Part shown: positions 8,442 through 17,989 of the stretch, one piece after another
How the letters are laid out: each line of letters starts with the position of its first letter
Position numbering within the stretch: position 1 is the stretch's first letter
Program-made: the position numbers and the translations under genes
The notes under the pieces: model-generated
The model's database searches: none
Told to the model about the DNA's origin: nothing
Seen by the model: the letters and a program-made list of their open reading frames with translations, nothing else
From: a virus
Length of the DNA: 39,407 nt
Direction: 5' to 3' (one strand)
Virus record (IMG/VR): IMGVR_UViG_3300014962_000001
Coordinates: 1 to 39,407 of that record

Positions 8442-8849
8442 TTACTTCTTATTCTTTAGTTCGATGATCTTCTCTAAAGTCCGGCCTCCAAAGTAGGCAG
8501 ACATAACCAACATACCCCACTGTCCAAGCAGTTCAACATAAGCGTTATTCACGTTAATGTCCCATGCAGACATGAGTGCAAAGCCAAAATAGCCTGTCAG
8601 GATAGCCACAAGAGCCATAGGACGGATATTCTTGGATAACCAGCTATCAGAGGTCATATCGGCACTCCAACGGCCTGTAACGTTATCCTGCTCCGTCTTG
8701 TACGCTTCATTCTCTTTAGCCAGTTTCTCAAGCTCACCATTCTGAGCCATCTCAGCCAACTTGATCTGAGCCTCTGCCTTTTGAGCAGGATCAGGAATAA
8801 GCTTGTCGATTAACTTACTACCGATTCCAAGTAATGCATCTAAGATCAT
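8442..8849 (-). CDS. holin (3-TM, GTA-holin-like)
   Basis: LIDKLIPDPAQKAEAQIKLAEM... N-terminus followed by hydrophobic helices. ATGA overlap with the endolysin stop (track start 8864 is an alternative). Confidence 0.55.
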   Translation of the reverse strand: MILDALLGIGSKLIDKLIPDPAQKAEAQIKLAEMAQNGELEKLAKENEAYKTEQDNVTGRWSADMTSDSWLSKNIRPMALVAILTGYFGFALMSAWDINVNNAYVELLGQWGMLVMSAYFGGRTLEKIIELKNKK

Positions 8850-9226
8850 GGATATGTACTCCAAGGTAGTTGAATGTGAGGACCATCAATAAAGGAAGTC
8901 CAATCAATTCCGCACTCAATTGGAACACCTAACTTCTTTGCTACAGACTTGATATGATCAGTTACAATTCGATACTTAGGAAGTTCCCAAGTAACTTTAC
9001 CGTCAACTAATACAGCAATATCTACAGCATGGCCTGTCAGGTGTCTGCTACGCATTGTCTGAGATTTACCGGATTCGAATAAAGCTTTCTGTTGCTCCAG
9101 AGTACGTAATCCCTGAGTAATAGAGAAGTCCAATGGAGAAGACTTAATAGCCTCTTCCATGACCTTCACTAACTGAGGATGTACCCCTTGGAGCCTTTCT
9201 TTCGATTTAGTTCCAAAGGAGTACAT
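8846..9226 (-). CDS. endolysin, peptidase M15 (L-Ala-D-Glu / VanY-like)
   Basis: Zn ligand pattern SRHLTGHAVD (H-x6-D) and DGPHIQL. Confidence 0.85.
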   Translation of the reverse strand: MYSFGTKSKERLQGVHPQLVKVMEEAIKSSPLDFSITQGLRTLEQQKALFESGKSQTMRSRHLTGHAVDIAVLVDGKVTWELPKYRIVTDHIKSVAKKLGVPIECGIDWTSFIDGPHIQLPWSTYP

Positions 9227-9228
9227 GA

Positions 9229-11343
9229 TTACTGTCCTTGCTGTCTACGAGCCTGTTCAGCTAACAGAGCAGCAAGATCATCCTGACCTTGTTGTGCTTG
9301 CTGTTCCGTAGTTACTGTAGGCTGTTCTGCAGAACCCATCATTGGAGCTGTACGAGGGGCAAATTTAAACGAGGACTCTCCAAGATTTTTTACAGCGTTC
9401 AAGATCTTTGTCGGTGTATTTGCTTTTTGAGCCTCTTTAAGAGAAAGAACAGTGTCAGGGTTAAAAATGACATCAGCAAAAGCGTTAGGATTAGCCACCA
9501 CATCCTTTACCAAGCCAGTTAGTTCTTTTAAAGCGTTTCCTAGTTGACTAGATCCACCAGCGCCTCGCGTAACTGAATAAACTTCTCCTCCTTTGATACC
9601 TCCAGCCCCTCCTGCTGATTCGCTTTTCAATACTTTTTGCATATATTGAATAGCTAGATTAACATCAGCCTTATCGGAAGCGGAAGGAAACAAGAAAGAA
9701 AAATCGCCTTTCTTAGAATTCAGCTCTTTTAACAGAACAGGAAGAGAAAGAATAGGAGAATCGGAAGCTTTACCGGCAGAAGCATCATATGCTTTATTAA
9801 ATAATTTAATAAATTGATCCCTACGAACCGTATCCCAGACCATAGTTCCTTCAGGACTATTTTGTAACACTTGACCTAAAAAGTCTCTTTCTGTCGGAGT
9901 AGCTTTAGCCATACGTTCCATGACTTTTTCAGGAGTCAGTGCAGAGACAGTTTCAACATCAAAGTATTTAGTTAAAGGTCGATTAGCGTATTCTTCAATT
10001 CGGGCTAAGTTAGCTTTGAAGTTATCACGGGCTTTGATAAGTTTATCAGCGCCTGCCACCCCTTCAGTTGAGGCTTGGTCTAAAGCCTCTCTGAAACCAC
10101 GTAGAACACTTAAAGCCACGCCTTTTACTTGCCCCGGAGCAACCCCTTCAAAGATATTTCCTTTTCCTAAGTCAGCTTTTCCAGAGTAAACCGCTTCTCC
10201 CCAAGCAGAAAGATTTTTCTGAAGTCGGTCAATGCTAATCTCTTTTAATCCCGCAGGGACAGCAGGAGTTATAGAAACAGCCGCTGGCTGTCCTGTAGGC
10301 CCTAAAATAGTTGAAGGAATAATCTTTGCTTCTTGAGCTGGGATAGAATATTCATCCATAATTTTCTGGAGGGCTGTACGCATCGGCCCCAGAGCAGGAA
10401 CTTCAGGAGGTAAACTAGCAAGTTGTTCAGCGATGGCAGCGATAACTGGAGTGGTGTCTACACGTCCTCCAGACGCCTTTGCTGCTCCGAAATCTTTAGA
10501 CGCATCTGAACGAAGTTTAGAAGTTAAGGATTTACCGTAATTATTAAAAGCAGCGAAAGCAGAATTAGTTGCCTCAGTTGGAGTAACTGCTGTTTTAGAA
10601 GCTCGATCTAAGACAGAACCTAAGAAAGACTCGACATCTTGAGCCTGTGCTTGCCTGAACTGAGTTCCTTTAGCTTCAATACTAGGCGCAGCTTCAGTAC
10701 GCGCTTCTGTGGCTAACTGAACCCTACTGCCTGTTGCTTCTCCGGGAGTCATCCGACCAACTCGTAAAAGGTCTTCCAGATTAGTAGGAACTTGGCCTAC
10801 AGGCTTAGTAATAACGTCTCTGGCAGTCATCACAGCGCCTTTTCCCATATAAGGAAGAGCTTGCATTGCTAACTGAGCTAAAGGACTTTCAGGAGCGAAC
10901 TGTTGAGCAGCTAATCCAGTTGTTCCAGCTACTCCGAACTCTCCTAAAACACCTGTAGGAGTTCTACTAAAAAGTCCGGGAAGACCTACGGCAGATAATA
11001 GTGCCGCAGGAGCGCCTGCTTGACCTACATCATATAATCCTTTGTAGCCCTCAAGCTTCATTAGATCAGGGCCGCCCAGTTTAGCTATAGTATTTACAAT
11101 TCCTCTGCTTGATAATGGATTAGGCTCCGTACTTTTACTGAGGGCATCATATACGTTTCCCCATCCGCCGACCAAATCAATAATTCCTTTTGTCGCTCCT
11201 TTTAATAAGGAAGTGACAGCCCTTTTAGTTTCTTCAAAGGTAGTCGTGTCTTCAGGTTCAGCTAAGACGCTACGGTAGCCTCCTGTAACCTGACCTTCCC
11301 TACGTTGTTTCTCTTCTAAGAGAGCTGCCAAATCATCAGCCAT
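9229..11343 (-). CDS. large internal virion / ejection protein (putative)
   Basis: 704 aa, Ala/Gly/Gln-rich, in a position equivalent to the T7 gp15/16 block. No catalytic motif seen. Confidence 0.4.
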   Translation of the reverse strand: MADDLAALLEEKQRREGQVTGGYRSVLAEPEDTTTFEETKRAVTSLLKGATKGIIDLVGGWGNVYDALSKSTEPNPLSSRGIVNTIAKLGGPDLMKLEGYKGLYDVGQAGAPAALLSAVGLPGLFSRTPTGVLGEFGVAGTTGLAAQQFAPESPLAQLAMQALPYMGKGAVMTARDVITKPVGQVPTNLEDLLRVGRMTPGEATGSRVQLATEARTEAAPSIEAKGTQFRQAQAQDVESFLGSVLDRASKTAVTPTEATNSAFAAFNNYGKSLTSKLRSDASKDFGAAKASGGRVDTTPVIAAIAEQLASLPPEVPALGPMRTALQKIMDEYSIPAQEAKIIPSTILGPTGQPAAVSITPAVPAGLKEISIDRLQKNLSAWGEAVYSGKADLGKGNIFEGVAPGQVKGVALSVLRGFREALDQASTEGVAGADKLIKARDNFKANLARIEEYANRPLTKYFDVETVSALTPEKVMERMAKATPTERDFLGQVLQNSPEGTMVWDTVRRDQFIKLFNKAYDASAGKASDSPILSLPVLLKELNSKKGDFSFLFPSASDKADVNLAIQYMQKVLKSESAGGAGGIKGGEVYSVTRGAGGSSQLGNALKELTGLVKDVVANPNAFADVIFNPDTVLSLKEAQKANTPTKILNAVKNLGESSFKFAPRTAPMMGSAEQPTVTTEQQAQQGQDDLAALLAEQARRQQGQ

Positions 11344-11352
11344 TGTATTTCC

Positions 11353-12618
11353 TTACTTTTTCTGATTAGCCTGAGCTGCTTTAATACGTGCTTCCAGTTC
11401 CGCATCGCTAAGATTGGAGTACTGGTTAGATCCTGAGGGAGTCACGGCAACTGGAATCTTAGGAACGAATCCTTTGAGTCCTTTGTTTTCTCGTGCATAG
11501 TTCTCTAAGCGGATGGTTTCATCAATAATTTCTTTGTTCTTGCTTTGCATGAACTTAATCAATTCACGACGGGCATTCGGGTTGGTTTCCAACTGAGGAA
11601 CAAGACTTGCAATAAAGTCTCGATCAGCGTTAGAGAAACCAGAGCCAAGCTTACCACCGAGTGTCTGAAGAATAACATCCCCAGCCACTTTCTGATATTG
11701 TTGGCTTGTTGCCAAACGATTAGCATCCTCTTTAGAGGCTAAGCCAAGAGTAACTAACAGGTTAGTAGCACCGACACGGCCTGTAGCAAACTGGCCTGTG
11801 ATAAGATCTTGACTAGGAAGTTGAGCAAGCTTATTAAGTGAATTAAGAGAAGAAGTAGCATTATCACGAAGGGTAAATGCAGCATCTACACGCTTAGCAT
11901 CAAGTTCCCCAAGTTTCTTAACAAATTCAGTTTCGCCTTTAGCATCAACAGAAACATTAGTCTTAGATGTTGTACGATCAATACCGCCGTTGTATGCCAC
12001 GCGCTTACCGTCTTTAATGGTGAACTGCTCATTAGTAAGACGGTCCATATAAACAGGTTCACGAGTGGTCATGGCAACACCCACAGTATCAATAGAGGGA
12101 TTCTTAGCAATTAAGTCAGTAAACTTAGTGTTGTATGCTTTAGCCCATTCTTGCGAACCTCGCTCAAGACCAAGACTGTCTGCGTAGGATTGAGCATTTT
12201 TCATCTCGTTTGTCTGGCCTTCACGGAGATTCTTTAGGATCTCAGATTCAGTCTTACGTCCTTCAAGAGCAGTTTTAAGAACTGCCTGATACCGACCTGT
12301 CAGCTCACTTACTAAGGCATAGTCCTTGTTCTGCATTGCAGTTTGGATGCCTTGCTTAAGAGAATCAGCATTAGTCAAGTCAATACCTTGGAGCATTCCC
12401 TGACGTTGTTTAATACGTTGAAGTTCAGGATCTTCAGCGCCTAACAAGCCACCAACACCTCGACCAATGTTACCAGCGCCTGCATAGATATTAGCATAAG
12501 CTTGCTGGAAAGGATCTAACTGAGCAAGCTGAATACCACGATTGAGCAGAGCATTCTGACGTTCCTGTTGTAAAGACTCAGGAGTCACACCAAATAAACT
12601 TTCAGCTACAGTAGCCAT
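11353..12618 (-). CDS. internal virion protein (putative)
   Basis: 421 aa; called on synteny only. Confidence 0.35.
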   Translation of the reverse strand: MATVAESLFGVTPESLQQERQNALLNRGIQLAQLDPFQQAYANIYAGAGNIGRGVGGLLGAEDPELQRIKQRQGMLQGIDLTNADSLKQGIQTAMQNKDYALVSELTGRYQAVLKTALEGRKTESEILKNLREGQTNEMKNAQSYADSLGLERGSQEWAKAYNTKFTDLIAKNPSIDTVGVAMTTREPVYMDRLTNEQFTIKDGKRVAYNGGIDRTTSKTNVSVDAKGETEFVKKLGELDAKRVDAAFTLRDNATSSLNSLNKLAQLPSQDLITGQFATGRVGATNLLVTLGLASKEDANRLATSQQYQKVAGDVILQTLGGKLGSGFSNADRDFIASLVPQLETNPNARRELIKFMQSKNKEIIDETIRLENYARENKGLKGFVPKIPVAVTPSGSNQYSNLSDAELEARIKAAQANQKK

Positions 12619-12633
12619 TATTTTAACTCCTTA

Positions 12634-13644
12634 TTAACGGAACCACTTGTCTTGTTCAGCAAGCATGTTAGACTGTTGACTACCAAAGTTTGTACCATAA
12701 GTCAACGGAGTGCTGATAGAGCCTCCCATGCCAAACAAGGAGCCACTACCTCCTGTTGGCATAGACATGCTACCAAACGTATTGCCTAAGCCTGAGAAAG
12801 CAGCAGCCCAAGGATTCCACGCATCAGCTTTGTATTGAACACCTGCAGCTTGTGTCTGAGGATTCAGGCGAAGCTGTGCAGCATTAGCATTGATCTGAGA
12901 AGCAGTCTGACCAAGGGTTTGACCTAACGTGAGAGGCTGTTGAGCAGATGCTTCCAGAGCCTTAGCAATGTCAAACTGAGTGGTCAATGGACGATAACCA
13001 GCTGTAGCCAGATCTAAACCAGTACCTAACAATCCTGCACCAAAACGTGCCTGTTGTTGGCCTTGCTCTTGAGCTTGTGCAGCCAAATTAAGATCCTGCT
13101 GAGCAAGTGCGTTGTAGTAAGCAGCCATTTCAGGATTAGCAGCTTGCATACCTTCACCTTGACCGATAGCTAATCCACTACGGCCTTTACTGAACAAGCC
13201 TTGACGAACTTGATTCAGAGCACGCTCACGAGCAGGAGCTAAAGCAGCTTGTTGTCGTTGCATCCAAGACTGAGCAGCAGCTTCAGGAGACTCTGCAAGA
13301 TACTGCTGACCAAGGTTAAACAACCCTTGCTGTGCGCCTAAAGCCTGCTCAGAAATACCTAAACCAGCTCCACCCATCTGAGCAAACAAACGATCCTGCA
13401 GAGCAGCCACTTCAGGAGAAGCGGTATAACCTGCGCTGGTTAAAGCACCTGTCTTAGGATCTATAGTGAACTGAGAAGAGCCGAAACGAGTAGTAATACC
13501 TACAGGACGAAAACGAGCAGCATCAAAAGCTTGCTCACCAGATTGACGTAAGGATTCAGCCTGTGCCCGAGCAGCTTTGGCAGCAGAGTTACCACCAAGG
13601 ATGCCGCCAACAGTCCCTAAAAAACCCCCAACTAAGCTACCCAT
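12634..13644 (-). CDS. Gly/Gln/Ala-rich internal virion protein (putative)
   Basis: 336 aa, low complexity (QAQEQGQQQARFGAG...); called on synteny only. Confidence 0.35.
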   Translation of the reverse strand: MGSLVGGFLGTVGGILGGNSAAKAARAQAESLRQSGEQAFDAARFRPVGITTRFGSSQFTIDPKTGALTSAGYTASPEVAALQDRLFAQMGGAGLGISEQALGAQQGLFNLGQQYLAESPEAAAQSWMQRQQAALAPARERALNQVRQGLFSKGRSGLAIGQGEGMQAANPEMAAYYNALAQQDLNLAAQAQEQGQQQARFGAGLLGTGLDLATAGYRPLTTQFDIAKALEASAQQPLTLGQTLGQTASQINANAAQLRLNPQTQAAGVQYKADAWNPWAAAFSGLGNTFGSMSMPTGGSGSLFGMGGSISTPLTYGTNFGSQQSNMLAEQDKWFR

Positions 13645-13955
13645 TACTTATCCTCCGCTGCATCGCAGCTTAATTTATAAAGTTTACGGACAACACCATC
13701 AGTACATTTATGGTGCTCAATCAATTTAAAGCCTGTCATAGCAGTCCACTTTTCCATCTTTGTATCATCAATAAAAGGCATTGCCAGTAACACCTTATCT
13801 TTGTGTTGTTCTGTCCAATCATTCCAGTCAGACAGAAACTGTTGTTTTATTGTCTTAGTCCACTTGAATACATCCATGTGAATAAACCAATAAGATTGTA
13901 CAGGCTCAACATAGACAACATAGTGTTCTGTCTGAATTACTGGATGTTTGGCCAT
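13644..13955 (-). CDS. hypothetical protein
   Basis: ATG at 13955 (MAKHPVIQ...); the track start at 13970 is GTG. Confidence 0.5.
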   Translation of the reverse strand: MAKHPVIQTEHYVVYVEPVQSYWFIHMDVFKWTKTIKQQFLSDWNDWTEQHKDKVLLAMPFIDDTKMEKWTAMTGFKLIEHHKCTDGVVRKLYKLSCDAAEDK

Positions 13956-13969
13956 GCAGTACGTTTCCA

Positions 13970-14013
13970 CATATAAACCGTGATGTACGGCTGAATATTG
14001 GCATATAAACCGT
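13970..14013. repeat. Two copies of CATATAAACCGT, 32 bp apart, in an intergenic gap
   Basis: 13970-13981 and 14002-14013 are identical 12-mers. Confidence 0.8.
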
Positions 14014-14053
14014 CGGAAAAGTGGTGTACTGTGTCAATATTTATCATCTTCGT

Positions 14054-14995
14054 TTATTCGTAGAAGATGTTGATAGAACCATTATCAAAAGCAGCCGTAC
14101 CGGAAACAGTCGTAACACGAAGCCTAGTCAAGGCAGCAGACAAGGATTTCTTACCTGACAAAACAAAAACAGTAGGCACAGAAGGGTTCCCAATAGCTCC
14201 TGTTATGATCCATGTATTGCCTGTAATGTTTACAATGGTATAAACACCAGTATTATTAGCGGTAGAATCGTTATTTACTGTTAGACCAAAATAAGTAGCA
14301 TTAGCAGTCCCGCTATTTCCGTTATTTGCGTATGCATAACCTGTACTCTCAAACGCACTAGAAGTACCAAGCTGTAAAACAAGATCAGTATTAGCATTGA
14401 CAGATACAGTATCCAAGCAGACAGTAATACGACGAGCCCAACTAGGGATACCAGTAAACTCAATAGAAGTGCCGCTAGTAGAGGCTACTGCCGTTCCTCG
14501 TGTAAAAGGCTGAGAAAGTTTAGCAGGAGTGACACCAGAATCTGCAAGCTGCGTAGTACCAACACCACCGTTAGCAATCTTAGCTGCTGTAACATTTAAA
14601 TCTGCAATCTTAACAGTTGTAACGTTACTATCTGCAATTTTAGCAGTAGTTACATTGCTATCTGCAATCTTGGCAGTCGTTACGTTACTGTTAGCTATTT
14701 TTACAGTAGTTACAGCTCCGTCTTCAATCTGATCTGTACTAACAGTGTGTGCTGTTAGTTCTTGTTGGACAAAAGCAGTAGTAGCTAGTTGAGTGCTATT
14801 AGTCCCGGCACTAGCCGTAGGAGCAGTAGGAGTACCTGTGAAGGTAGGACTGACAATATCAGCCTTGGTAGCAACAGCGGTAGCAATGTTATTAAATTCA
14901 GTATCAATCTCAGTGCCCTTGACAATCTTTAAAGGATTGCCTGTAGCCAGAGCATCTTTACTGGCAAAGTTAGTGCTTTTTACGTATTCTGTCAC
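14054..14995 (-). CDS. tail fibre protein
   Basis: N-terminal fibre signature SPTFTGTPTAPTASAGTNSTQLATTAFV, followed by 10-aa repeats VTTAKIADSN. Confidence 0.65.
   Translation of the reverse strand: MTEYVKSTNFASKDALATGNPLKIVKGTEIDTEFNNIATAVATKADIVSPTFTGTPTAPTASAGTNSTQLATTAFVQQELTAHTVSTDQIEDGAVTTVKIANSNVTTAKIADSNVTTAKIADSNVTTVKIADLNVTAAKIANGGVGTTQLADSGVTPAKLSQPFTRGTAVASTSGTSIEFTGIPSWARRITVCLDTVSVNANTDLVLQLGTSSAFESTGYAYANNGNSGTANATYFGLTVNNDSTANNTGVYTIVNITGNTWIITGAIGNPSVPTVFVLSGKKSLSAALTRLRVTTVSGTAAFDNGSINIFYE
14515..14725 (-). repeat. About seven in-frame 30-nt repeats inside the tail fibre gene
   Basis: TCTGCAAT recurs at 14601, 14631 and 14661. The protein reads VTTVKIANSN/VTTAKIADSN x2/VTTVKIADLN/VTAAKIANGG... 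Confidence 0.8.
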
Positions 14996-15004
14996 GATAG
15001 TTCC

Positions 15005-16549
15005 TTATACAATCTTCCCATTCTTAGTTTGAATCTCAATCTTTTGAATACTCAAAGCAGCGCTATTAATGTCTGCTTCATATCCTGTCTGAATAACCTT
15101 ACCAGCTCCTGTTGGATAAGCCACTAAAGTCTGTAATGAAGTACCCGCAGAATACTCAGCAATATTATACTCTGAAACACCGTAATAGTCAACCCCCTGA
15201 GCAGGAATTTTTACAGTTTGTGAGTAATAATTTCCAGTAAAGTCATAGCCCCACTTCATTACCATATACTGATCTGAGCCGCCGATAACAACCACTGACA
15301 GTTTCTTCAAGACAGAAGTTACTGAAGGAGCACCTAAATCAGTATGATTAGTGAAGTATTGGAATCGGTATGTAGATGTGTTGTCTAAATAGCCTGAGTA
15401 TTTAGCGATATATCCTGCCTTACCTAACAATAATTCTTTATTGATGTTATCGTAAAAGAAGCTCTTAGGTTCAATACTATCCCAAGTAGTTACTCGTGCA
15501 GATCCATCCTGAAGCGTGGCTTTTAAATCAAAGCAGTACACAGTTTTAAGAATTGGCAAAGTAATTAGGTAGAACGAATCAATAGGACTATAAACTGCTT
15601 TGATTGTAGCTAAGTCTTCTCCGCGAACGGCAGACATAAAATCATCACGCACATTCTTACTTAAGTCCCTAAAAGGAGCTGATTTCTCTTGAATGGTACG
15701 TAAGATGCTACGAACACCTGTATCAGACAAAAATATAACATCTGATCCTGTATTAGTGATAGAGTCTCTTGCGATACCCCCGATACCTGTAATACTGTCT
15801 GCAAGTTGCATAGTAGCAGGATCGTTGGCTCCTGCGTACACCAAGATATTATTCTTACCAAAGATGAATAAGAAGTTATTATGGGAAGCTAAAGCTACAA
15901 TGTTGTCTGAACCGTTAGGCCAGTACTGTGCAATATCTAAATATCCTGAAGTACCTCCAGACCAGAGATGTCCCCCGAGTAAGTCAGAGAAGTAAACAGT
16001 ATCTTTGTTTGCAGTGGAGTTAGCTACCCATAAACGACCATAAGCGGATAGAACACAATCACCAGACAATACAGAACCTGTATAGCCGGTCTTTTCTGAT
16101 ACCCTCTTATATGTAGTTGTACTTACAGCAGGGTCAAACACTAAAGGAGAATGTCCAGATTGGAATAGATACAATACGTTGTTTAAGGAGGCTGCTTGCC
16201 AATTACTGTCTGTAATAGTGGGAGCTACTCCTCCACCGCCATAAGTAAGTTCAGTTAAAGTAGAACCTACAAGTTTAAACAGTTTATTGTTACCTGCTGC
16301 TACAGTATATTGAACCCCTGCATCAGTTAAGACTTGGGAGATCATCTTAACATCAGAAGAACCTAAAGCAGCTAATGTAGAATGTTTAGGAGTCCACCCT
16401 TTACGAGCACCTACACGGCCATATTTGTCGATAACACAGTTGTTAGCCACTAGAGCAAAGCCAGAGGCTAAGTCTAAGGAACTATCTTGAGTATTCAACC
16501 CATAAAATCCCGGAGCTGTAATGCTAAATGTTTGAATCTGTTGACTCAT
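15005..16549 (-). CDS. tail tubular/nozzle protein B-like (putative)
   Basis: 514 aa, beta-rich, next to the smaller tail gene. Called on synteny with T7 gp11/gp12. Confidence 0.4.
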   Translation of the reverse strand: MSQQIQTFSITAPGFYGLNTQDSSLDLASGFALVANNCVIDKYGRVGARKGWTPKHSTLAALGSSDVKMISQVLTDAGVQYTVAAGNNKLFKLVGSTLTELTYGGGGVAPTITDSNWQAASLNNVLYLFQSGHSPLVFDPAVSTTTYKRVSEKTGYTGSVLSGDCVLSAYGRLWVANSTANKDTVYFSDLLGGHLWSGGTSGYLDIAQYWPNGSDNIVALASHNNFLFIFGKNNILVYAGANDPATMQLADSITGIGGIARDSITNTGSDVIFLSDTGVRSILRTIQEKSAPFRDLSKNVRDDFMSAVRGEDLATIKAVYSPIDSFYLITLPILKTVYCFDLKATLQDGSARVTTWDSIEPKSFFYDNINKELLLGKAGYIAKYSGYLDNTSTYRFQYFTNHTDLGAPSVTSVLKKLSVVVIGGSDQYMVMKWGYDFTGNYYSQTVKIPAQGVDYYGVSEYNIAEYSAGTSLQTLVAYPTGAGKVIQTGYEADINSAALSIQKIEIQTKNGKIV

Positions 16550-17209
16550 TTAAATAGCCTCCCAAGCCTCATCCTCCGCAAAGCGAGAAGCCTCCAGTGC
16601 AATATGATCCGCTAAAGAAGATTTATAAAGTGCATAAGCTTCAGAGCTATTCAAGCCACCATCTTCACCTCGCTCCACTAATGCACGAGCATAAGCTCCT
16701 AAGATAACAGGTTCTGAAGGTACTTTCATAGTATCAGAATCTGAACTAAGTTTATTTTGAGGAAGCCATAACTGAACATTCAATGCGTATGAAGCATCTG
16801 GAACAGGCCAAAGCATGATCTTAGCATCGCCACTGGTGTCAATACCATTGAAGCAGTAGTAGGTAGGAGCACCCTTTTGAGGAGATGCTGTAGAACCAAT
16901 CCATTGATTATACACTGCCAGAGATACAGGATTCAGTCCAATATATTTAGAAGTATTGTGAACCTCACTAACTTTAAAGCGATTACCTGATCCAGTAACA
17001 GAATAAGTCGAGGTGTTATCTACAGTTGAAACTGAAATATCTGTAACAAGGGCAGACCAATTAAAAGAATCCTCTACTTGTCGTTTGGAATCGTTAACCA
17101 GTTTACCGATAAGCTTGGATAAAGTATTCTCTTGGACAGTAGTTACTTCAGGTTCTCGCATACGGACAAGAACATCATTAACAAGTTCTAAGTAAGTCGG
17201 CAAAGCCAT
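16550..17209 (-). CDS. tail tubular/adaptor protein A-like (putative)
   Basis: Start at MALPTYLELVNDVLVRMRE, abutting the upstream stop. Called on synteny. Confidence 0.4.
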   Translation of the reverse strand: MALPTYLELVNDVLVRMREPEVTTVQENTLSKLIGKLVNDSKRQVEDSFNWSALVTDISVSTVDNTSTYSVTGSGNRFKVSEVHNTSKYIGLNPVSLAVYNQWIGSTASPQKGAPTYYCFNGIDTSGDAKIMLWPVPDASYALNVQLWLPQNKLSSDSDTMKVPSEPVILGAYARALVERGEDGGLNSSEAYALYKSSLADHIALEASRFAEDEAWEAI

Positions 17210-17210
17210 C

Positions 17211-17546
17211 TTAGATTCCTTCTTTCTTGTATAGTTCAAACGTACAGATAGTGCTGAAAGAACTACCTGCTTCACTCTGCATCATTACTGTATCGCCTTC
17301 TTCAAGGACAACGTATGCACCACCATCTTGCCTAACAAAGTCTCCGTTAGCAACAGATCCATTCATAACGTAGATGTTAGAACCTGCGCTAGAATCATGC
17401 CAGTAGGCTGCACAGATTTTAGTAGAACCTGAGTTATTAAAAAGGTACATCAGATTCCACTTGACCCAGTAACCTGTAGGCACTGTGTAGACGGTAGTTA
17501 AAGCTCCTGCAACAAGGTTTAATCCTACAGATACTGGACGAGTCAT
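17211..17546 (-). CDS. hypothetical structural protein
   Basis: 111-aa beta-rich ORF in the tail block. Confidence 0.45.
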   Translation of the reverse strand: MTRPVSVGLNLVAGALTTVYTVPTGYWVKWNLMYLFNNSGSTKICAAYWHDSSAGSNIYVMNGSVANGDFVRQDGGAYVVLEEGDTVMMQSEAGSSFSTICTFELYKKEGI

Positions 17547-17548
17547 GA

Positions 17549-17722
17549 TTACTTAGCCTTTTTCTTTTTAGGTTTTGTCTTGCCTGCTTCACTAAGGGCA
17601 ATAGCAATGGCTTGTTTACGGTCAGTAACAACAGGGCCACCTTTACCGCTATGAAGAGTACCTTCTTTGAACTCTTTCATAACTTTCTCTTCTTTAGAAA
17701 CAGGTTTCTTTTTAGTAGCCAT
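17549..17722 (-). CDS. small basic protein (57 aa; DUF6496-like; not in the ORF track)
   Basis: Hand translation MATKKKPVSKEEKVMKEFKEGTLHSGKGGPVVTDRKQAIAIALSEAGKTKPKKKKAK. Confidence 0.55.
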   Translation of the reverse strand: MATKKKPVSKEEKVMKEFKEGTLHSGKGGPVVTDRKQAIAIALSEAGKTKPKKKKAK

Positions 17723-17737
17723 AATATATTCTCCTAT

Positions 17738-17980
17738 TTAAGCCCACACTCGCATAGGAGTAGTAGGCTCTGGGTTAACTGCAAAAGCCATTAAATCCAG
17801 CAGCATCTGGCCTCTGGTGTTGACATGCCAGCCGGTGGCTCCTTCAATCTCGCCGATCACATCGACGGAGCCGGGGTAGCCCTCCAGCACTGCGTTGGCT
17901 TCCTCTTCGCTGGTGAACTTGAGGTACAGGTCGCCATAAGGAACAGCAACTTCAGAGTTATTAGCAATAATTTCTTCCAT
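17738..17980 (-). CDS. hypothetical protein downstream of the fibre gene (possible fibre accessory)
   Basis: 80-aa ORF that shares the high-GC composition of the adjacent fibre segment. Confidence 0.5.
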   Translation of the reverse strand: MEEIIANNSEVAVPYGDLYLKFTSEEEANAVLEGYPGSVDVIGEIEGATGWHVNTRGQMLLDLMAFAVNPEPTTPMRVWA

Positions 17981-17989
17981 GTTTGCTCC

